Below, piece after piece: positions 34,875 to 39,491 of a stretch of 39,491 nucleotides of DNA (the stretch's first letter is position 1; the number at the start of each line of letters is the position of its first letter). Source of the stretch: a virus; the UHGV virus genome UHGV-0344222. The stretch is one strand, 5' to 3'. The notes under the pieces were generated by a model. It saw only the letters and a list, made by a program, of their open reading frames with translations. It had not been told where the DNA came from and did no database searches. The position numbers and the translations under genes are program-made.

Positions 34875-34932
34875 TTAGCCAGGTAACACAGTGTTATGAC
34901 AGCCCGCCGGTTCAGGCGGGCTTTTTTGTGGG

Positions 34933-37900
34933 GTGAATATGGCAGTAAAGATTTCAGGTGTACTGAAAGACGGCACAGGAAAACCGGTACAGAACTGCAC
35001 AATCCAGCTGAAAGCAAAACGTAACAGTACCACTGTGGTGGTGAACACGCTGGCCTCAGAAAATCCGGATGAAGCCGGGCGTTACAGCATGGACGTTGAG
35101 TACGGTCAGTACAGCGTTATTCTGTTGGTGGAAGGATTCCCGCCGTCACATGCCGGGACCATCACCGTGTATGAAGATTCTCAACCCGGTACGCTGAATG
35201 ATTTTCTCGGTGCCATGACGGAGGATGATGCCCGTCCGGAGGCACTGCGTCGTTTTGAACTGATGGTGGAAGAGGTGGCGCGTAACGCGTCCGTGGTGGC
35301 ACAGAACACGGCAGCCGCAAAGAAGTCAGCCAGTGATGCCAGCACATCTGCCAGTGAGGCGGCAACCCGTGCGACTGATGCTGCAGATTCAGCACGTGCA
35401 GCCAGCACGTCAGCCGGACAGGCCGCGTCGTCGGCTCAGTCAGCGTCTTCCAGCGCAGGAACGGCATCAACAAAGGCCACTGAAGCCTCAAAAAGTGCTG
35501 CCGCTGCAGAGTCCTCAAAAAGCGCGGCGGCTACCAGTGCCGGTGCGGCGAAAACGTCAGAAACGAATGCGGCAGTGTCAGAACAATCAGCCGCCACTTC
35601 TGCATCCACCGCGACCACGAAAGCGTCAGAAGCTGCCACCTCAGCCAGGGATGCGTCGGCTTCAAAAGAGGCGGCAAAATCATCAGAAACGAACGCATCA
35701 TCAAGCGCCAGTAGTGCAGCTTCCTCGGCAACGGCGGCAGGAAATTCCGCGAAGGCGGCAAAGACGTCTGAGACAAACGCCAGGTCCTCTGAAACGGCAG
35801 CAGCACAGAGTGCCTCCGCAGCAGCAGGCTCAAAAACAGCGGCTGTGTCGTCGGCCAGTGCCGCGTCAACAAGTGCCGGGCAGGCCTCAGCCAGTGCCAC
35901 CGCCGCCGGAAAATCGGCAGAAAGCGCCGCGTCGTCCGCTTCAACAGCCACAACGAAGGCTGGCGAAGCCACTGAACAGGCCAGCGCAGCAGCGAGGTCT
36001 GCTTCCGCAGCGAAGACATCCGAAACGAACGCGAAAGCGTCGGAAACCAACGCAGAATCCTCAAAAACGGCTGCCGCATCGTCCGCCAGTTCGGCGGCGT
36101 CATCGGCATCATCGGCGTCTGCTTCAAAAGATGAGGCGACCAGACAGGCGTCAGCAGCGAGGGGCAGCGCCACGACGGCATCCACGAAGGCGACAGAGGC
36201 TGCTGGCAGTGCGGCAGCGGCAGCACAGAGCAAAAGTACGGCAGAATCCGCAGCAACGCGCGCTGAGACAGCGGCAAAACGGGCAGAGGATATTGCATCC
36301 GCCGTGGCGCTTGAGGATGCGAGCACGACGAAAAAGGGGATAGTACAGCTCAGCAGTGCGACTAACAGCACGTCTGAAACGCTGGCGGCAACGCCAAAGG
36401 CAGTAAAAGCAGCCTATGACAATGCAGAGAAACGTCTGCAGAAAGACCAGAACGGTGCTGATATTCCCGACAAGGACCGCTTCCTGAGTAACATTAATGT
36501 TTACAGCAAAGGTGAAGTGGATCAGAAAAAGGGGATGCGATACGTTGTGGTAAATGCCCCGGCGGGTGTCCAGGAAGGTAAATATTATCCGTTAGTGATA
36601 AAAAGGAATGACAGCCATCGGGCATCCCGCGTTGTCATTTCAACGCCAAGTCGCTTAGCTAATCACAGAATGAATAATTGTGAGTTTAATGGTTTTGTTT
36701 GCGCAGGCGGCTGGACGGACCGGGGTAGCTATGCCTGTGGTATGTTCTGGGCTTATTCATCATCGGAACGCGCTATTCATTCCATTCTGATGAGTAATAA
36801 AGGCGATACCGTAGACAGCGTATTCTATATAGAAGGTGGGGCATTTCCCGTAGAGGTCTTTTTAGAAGAAGGTCTCTCCGTTACTGCACCTGCTTCTGAT
36901 TATATTGTTGCTGAAACGACTTATAAATTTGGCGCAACTGATCCTTATTCTGAATCAGTTGCGGTAAATTTAATTTTAGATTTTAAACAAGGTAATGGAT
37001 TTTATAGTTCGTATCCTGTTTTGAGTAAGTCAGACATTAGCGGGAATAAGATTTACGCTAATGATGAAGTTATTGTCCGTAGTCAGAACGCGTTAAGGAT
37101 GATTGCAGGTGATTACGGTGTCATATGGCGAAATGATGGAGCAAATACTTACTTGCTCATGACTGATAAAGGCGACCAGTACGGTGGCTGGAACGGTCTT
37201 CGACCATTTGCAGTAAATAACGCAACAGGTGAAGTGACGATCAATACACCACTTAATTCTCCTAAGGGGATTAAGGGAAATTCTGATACAGCTACGAAAC
37301 TTCAGACAGCAATAAAAATATCTGGTGTTTCGTTTGATGGTTCTACTGATATCACTTTAACCGCTGCGCATGTTGCTGCTTTTGCCAGAAGAGCAACGGA
37401 TACGTATGCCGATGCGGATGGGGGCGTTCCCTGGAATGCCGAATCAGGCGCTTACAATGTCACTCGCTCTGGCGACAGCTATATTCTGGTTAACTTCTAT
37501 ACCGGAGTCGGAAGTTGCCGGACCTTGCAGATGAAGGCGCATTACAGAAATGGTGGTCTGTTCTACCGTTCTTCAAGAGACGGTTATGGTTTTGAGGAAG
37601 ACTGGGCAGAAGTTTATACCTCGAAAAATCTTCCACCAGAAAGCTACCCAGTCGGCGCACCAATCCCGTGGCCATCAGATACCGTTCCGTCTGGTTATGC
37701 CCTGATGCAGGGGCAGACTTTTGACAAATCTGCTTACCCGAAACTTGCAGCTGCTTATCCGTCAGGCGTGATCCCTGATATGCGTGGCTGGATGATTAAG
37801 GGCAAGCCCGCCAGTGATCGAGCCGTATTGTCTCAGGAACAGGACGGCATTAAATCACACACCCACAGCGCCAGCGTATCCAGTACGGATTTGGGGACGA

Positions 37901-38286
37901 AAACCACATCGTCGTTTGATTACGGCACTAAATCCACGAATAACACTGGTGCGCATACCCATAGTGTTAGCGGTACGGCTGCTTCAGCCGGTGCACATAC
38001 CCATTCGATGACATTTGTTTCAGGTGGTTCCAGTGGTGCTCCGGGAAGTGGAGCATCTGATTATTCTAAATACAGTGTTAACACTTCTTCTGCAGGCGCT
38101 CATACGCACTCTGTATCGGGTACTGCTGCAAGCGCAGGTGCACACGCGCATACTGTCGGTATTGGTGCTCATACGCACTCCGTTGCGATTGGCTCACATG
38201 GACACACCATCACCGTTAACGCTGCTGGTAACGCGGAAAACACCGTCAAAAATATCGCATTTAACTATATTGTGAGGCTTGCATAA
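34933..38286 (+). CDS. stf: Side tail fiber protein Stf (1117 aa) with long Ala/Ser-rich repeat region and His-rich C-terminal repeats
   Basis: N-terminus [26 protein letters not shown]... lambda Stf-like; repeats SAxxAxxSASSA... and [17 protein letters not shown] (twice). Confidence 0.92.
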   Translation: MNMAVKISGVLKDGTGKPVQNCTIQLKAKRNSTTVVVNTLASENPDEAGRYSMDVEYGQYSVILLVEGFPPSHAGTITVYEDSQPGTLNDFLGAMTEDDARPEALRRFELMVEEVARNASVVAQNTAAAKKSASDASTSASEAATRATDAADSARAASTSAGQAASSAQSASSSAGTASTKATEASKSAAAAESSKSAAATSAGAAKTSETNAAVSEQSAATSASTATTKASEAATSARDASASKEAAKSSETNASSSASSAASSATAAGNSAKAAKTSETNARSSETAAAQSASAAAGSKTAAVSSASAASTSAGQASASATAAGKSAESAASSASTATTKAGEATEQASAAARSASAAKTSETNAKASETNAESSKTAAASSASSAASSASSASASKDEATRQASAARGSATTASTKATEAAGSAAAAAQSKSTAESAATRAETAAKRAEDIASAVALEDASTTKKGIVQLSSATNSTSETLAATPKAVKAAYDNAEKRLQKDQNGADIPDKDRFLSNINVYSKGEVDQKKGMRYVVVNAPAGVQEGKYYPLVIKRNDSHRASRVVISTPSRLANHRMNNCEFNGFVCAGGWTDRGSYACGMFWAYSSSERAIHSILMSNKGDTVDSVFYIEGGAFPVEVFLEEGLSVTAPASDYIVAETTYKFGATDPYSESVAVNLILDFKQGNGFYSSYPVLSKSDISGNKIYANDEVIVRSQNALRMIAGDYGVIWRNDGANTYLLMTDKGDQYGGWNGLRPFAVNNATGEVTINTPLNSPKGIKGNSDTATKLQTAIKISGVSFDGSTDITLTAAHVAAFARRATDTYADADGGVPWNAESGAYNVTRSGDSYILVNFYTGVGSCRTLQMKAHYRNGGLFYRSSRDGYGFEEDWAEVYTSKNLPPESYPVGAPIPWPSDTVPSGYALMQGQTFDKSAYPKLAAAYPSGVIPDMRGWMIKGKPASDRAVLSQEQDGIKSHTHSASVSSTDLGTKTTSSFDYGTKSTNNTGAHTHSVSGTAASAGAHTHSMTFVSGGSSGAPGSGASDYSKYSVNTSSAGAHTHSVSGTAASAGAHAHTVGIGAHTHSVAIGSHGHTITVNAAGNAENTVKNIAFNYIVRLA
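35300..36300 (+). repeat. Intragenic low-complexity tandem repeats (Ala/Ser/Thr-rich) within stf
   Basis: Reiterated GCx-AGC/TCx codon blocks; explains the long spurious ORFs on other frames and the antisense strand. Confidence 0.7.
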
Positions 38287-38861
38287 TGGCATTCAGAATG
38301 AGTGAACAAGCACGGACCATAAAAATTTATAATCTGCTGGCCGGAACTAATGAATTTATTGGTAAAGGTGACGCATATATTCCGCCTCATACAGGTCTGC
38401 CAGCAAACAGTACCGATATTGCACCGCCAGATATTCCGGCTGGCTTTGTGGCTGTTTTCAACAGTGATGAGGCATCGTGGCATCTCGTTGAAGATCATCG
38501 GGGAAAAACCGTCTATGACGTGGCTTCCGGCGACGCGTTATTTATTTCTGAACTTGGCTCGTTACCGGAAAATGTCACCTGGTTATCGCCGGAAGGGGAA
38601 TATCAGAAGTGGAACGGCACAGCCTGGGTGAAGGATACGGAAGCAGAAAAACTGTTCCGGATCCGGGAGGCGGAAGAAACAAAAAACAGCCTGATGCAGG
38701 TAGCCAGTGAGCATATAGCGCCACTTCAGGATGCTGTAGATCTGGAAATTGCAACGGAGGAAGAAATCTCGTTGCTGGAAGCATGGAAAAAGTATCGGGT
38801 ATTGCTGAACCGTGTTGATACGTCAACTTCACAGGATATTGAATGGCCAGCACTGCCGTAG
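38286..38861 (+). CDS. tfa: Tail fiber assembly protein Tfa
   Basis: 191 aa [48 protein letters not shown]... Confidence 0.93.
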   Translation: MAFRMSEQARTIKIYNLLAGTNEFIGKGDAYIPPHTGLPANSTDIAPPDIPAGFVAVFNSDEASWHLVEDHRGKTVYDVASGDALFISELGSLPENVTWLSPEGEYQKWNGTAWVKDTEAEKLFRIREAEETKNSLMQVASEHIAPLQDAVDLEIATEEEISLLEAWKKYRVLLNRVDTSTSQDIEWPALP

Positions 38862-38958
38862 GGTAAAACATATAAATTCTATAATTAGATGTATCTTTCC
38901 ATTTACGGCAAGGAAGGGGGCTTGGAAGACGTAAAGCATCTCACACCGAGATTATTTT

Positions 38959-39216
38959 TTATATGTCAGGTGTCTGAAGTTTTGCTTTGGCTCTTAAAAT
39001 GGTTTGCCGCGAGGTTTTGAATTCCCGGGCAATGGCACTTATACTTACACCTGACTTAATTCGTTCGAATACCACCTGTTTCTGTTCTTCATTTAACACA
39101 GGTGGTCGACCAAAACGTTTCCCTGCGCCGCGGGCTCTTACTATCCCGGAATGAGTGCGTTCAAGTAAAAGGTCTCGTTCAAATTCAGCGACTGCTGAAA
39201 TTACTTGCATCATCAT
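38959..39216 (-). pseudogene. 3' fragment of a serine DNA-invertase gene (Pin/Gin/Hin family, C-terminal HTH domain only)
   Basis: [47 protein letters not shown]...; lacks the N-terminal catalytic domain; 5' end replaced by an inverted repeat. Confidence 0.75.
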
Positions 39217-39244
39217 TTTTCCTGTTGGACTGGTCAGGTCAATG
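39145..39244. repeat. Left arm of a 100-bp inverted repeat; right arm 39391-39491 is truncated by the window edge
   Basis: 39145-39244 is the exact reverse complement of 39391-39490 by manual comparison; both arms encode the invertase segment [26 protein letters not shown]. Confidence 0.85.
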
Positions 39245-39491
39245 CACCGGTTGCTTGCTCGCCTGAAATGTGGTGATCAATTGATTGTGACAAAACTGGA
39301 TCGCCTTGGTTGTAATGCAATGGATATCAGGAAAACAGTGGAACAACTGACCGAAACAGGTATCAGAGTGCATTGCTTAGCATTGGGGGGCATTGACCTG
39401 ACCAGTCCAACAGGAAAAATGATGATGCAAGTAATTTCAGCAGTCGCTGAATTTGAACGAGACCTTTTACTTGAACGCACTCATTCCGGGA
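39242..39491 (+). CDS. Partial serine DNA-invertase gene: central catalytic-domain region, 5'-truncated, 3' end beyond the window
   Basis: [83 protein letters not shown]; resolvase-type motif without the catalytic Ser region. Confidence 0.6.

Noticed and set aside
35300-36300. CRISPR array
   Set aside because: The repeats are imperfect coding tandem repeats inside stf with no spacer/repeat periodicity; no array or cas genes anywhere in the window.
35162-36371. Overlapping ORFs on both strands within stf (35162-35518, 35181-35408, 35333-36343, 35436-36371, 35531-36298)
   Set aside because: Artefacts of the Ala/Ser-rich repetitive codon blocks of stf; their products are low-complexity Pro/Arg/Gln or Ala-rich strings.

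Overview
This window is a lambdoid (phage lambda-type) prophage or circularly permuted phage genome, with cos in the middle (cosN 15225-15236). Left to right: an early-left segment on the minus strand (ERF-like recombinase, several small acidic ORFs, ral, N, with sieB on the plus strand), the lambda immunity region (pL/OL, cI, OR, cro, cII), replication genes O/P with ori, a mosaic nin region, a DLP12/phage-21-type Q-porin-lysis block (quuD, nmpC, pinholin, SAR endolysin, Rz/Rz1), then cos and a lambda-type head and tail operon (Nu1 through J, lom, stf, tfa), ending in DNA-invertase gene fragments. Gene identities are from recognising the translated proteins and remembered lambda sequence; no searches were run. 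Most notable: a KilA-N domain gene sits exactly where lambda carries rexAB (a BstA-like abortive-infection candidate), a second KilA-N gene sits at the bor locus, a run of small strongly acidic ORFs lies next to ral, gene G carries an in-frame TAG, OR1/OL1/OR2 differ from reference lambda, and both window edges carry inverted duplications of nearby coding sequence that could be real rearrangements or assembly artefacts. I did not find a clearly novel multi-gene system; the candidates are single accessory genes at known lambdoid hotspots.
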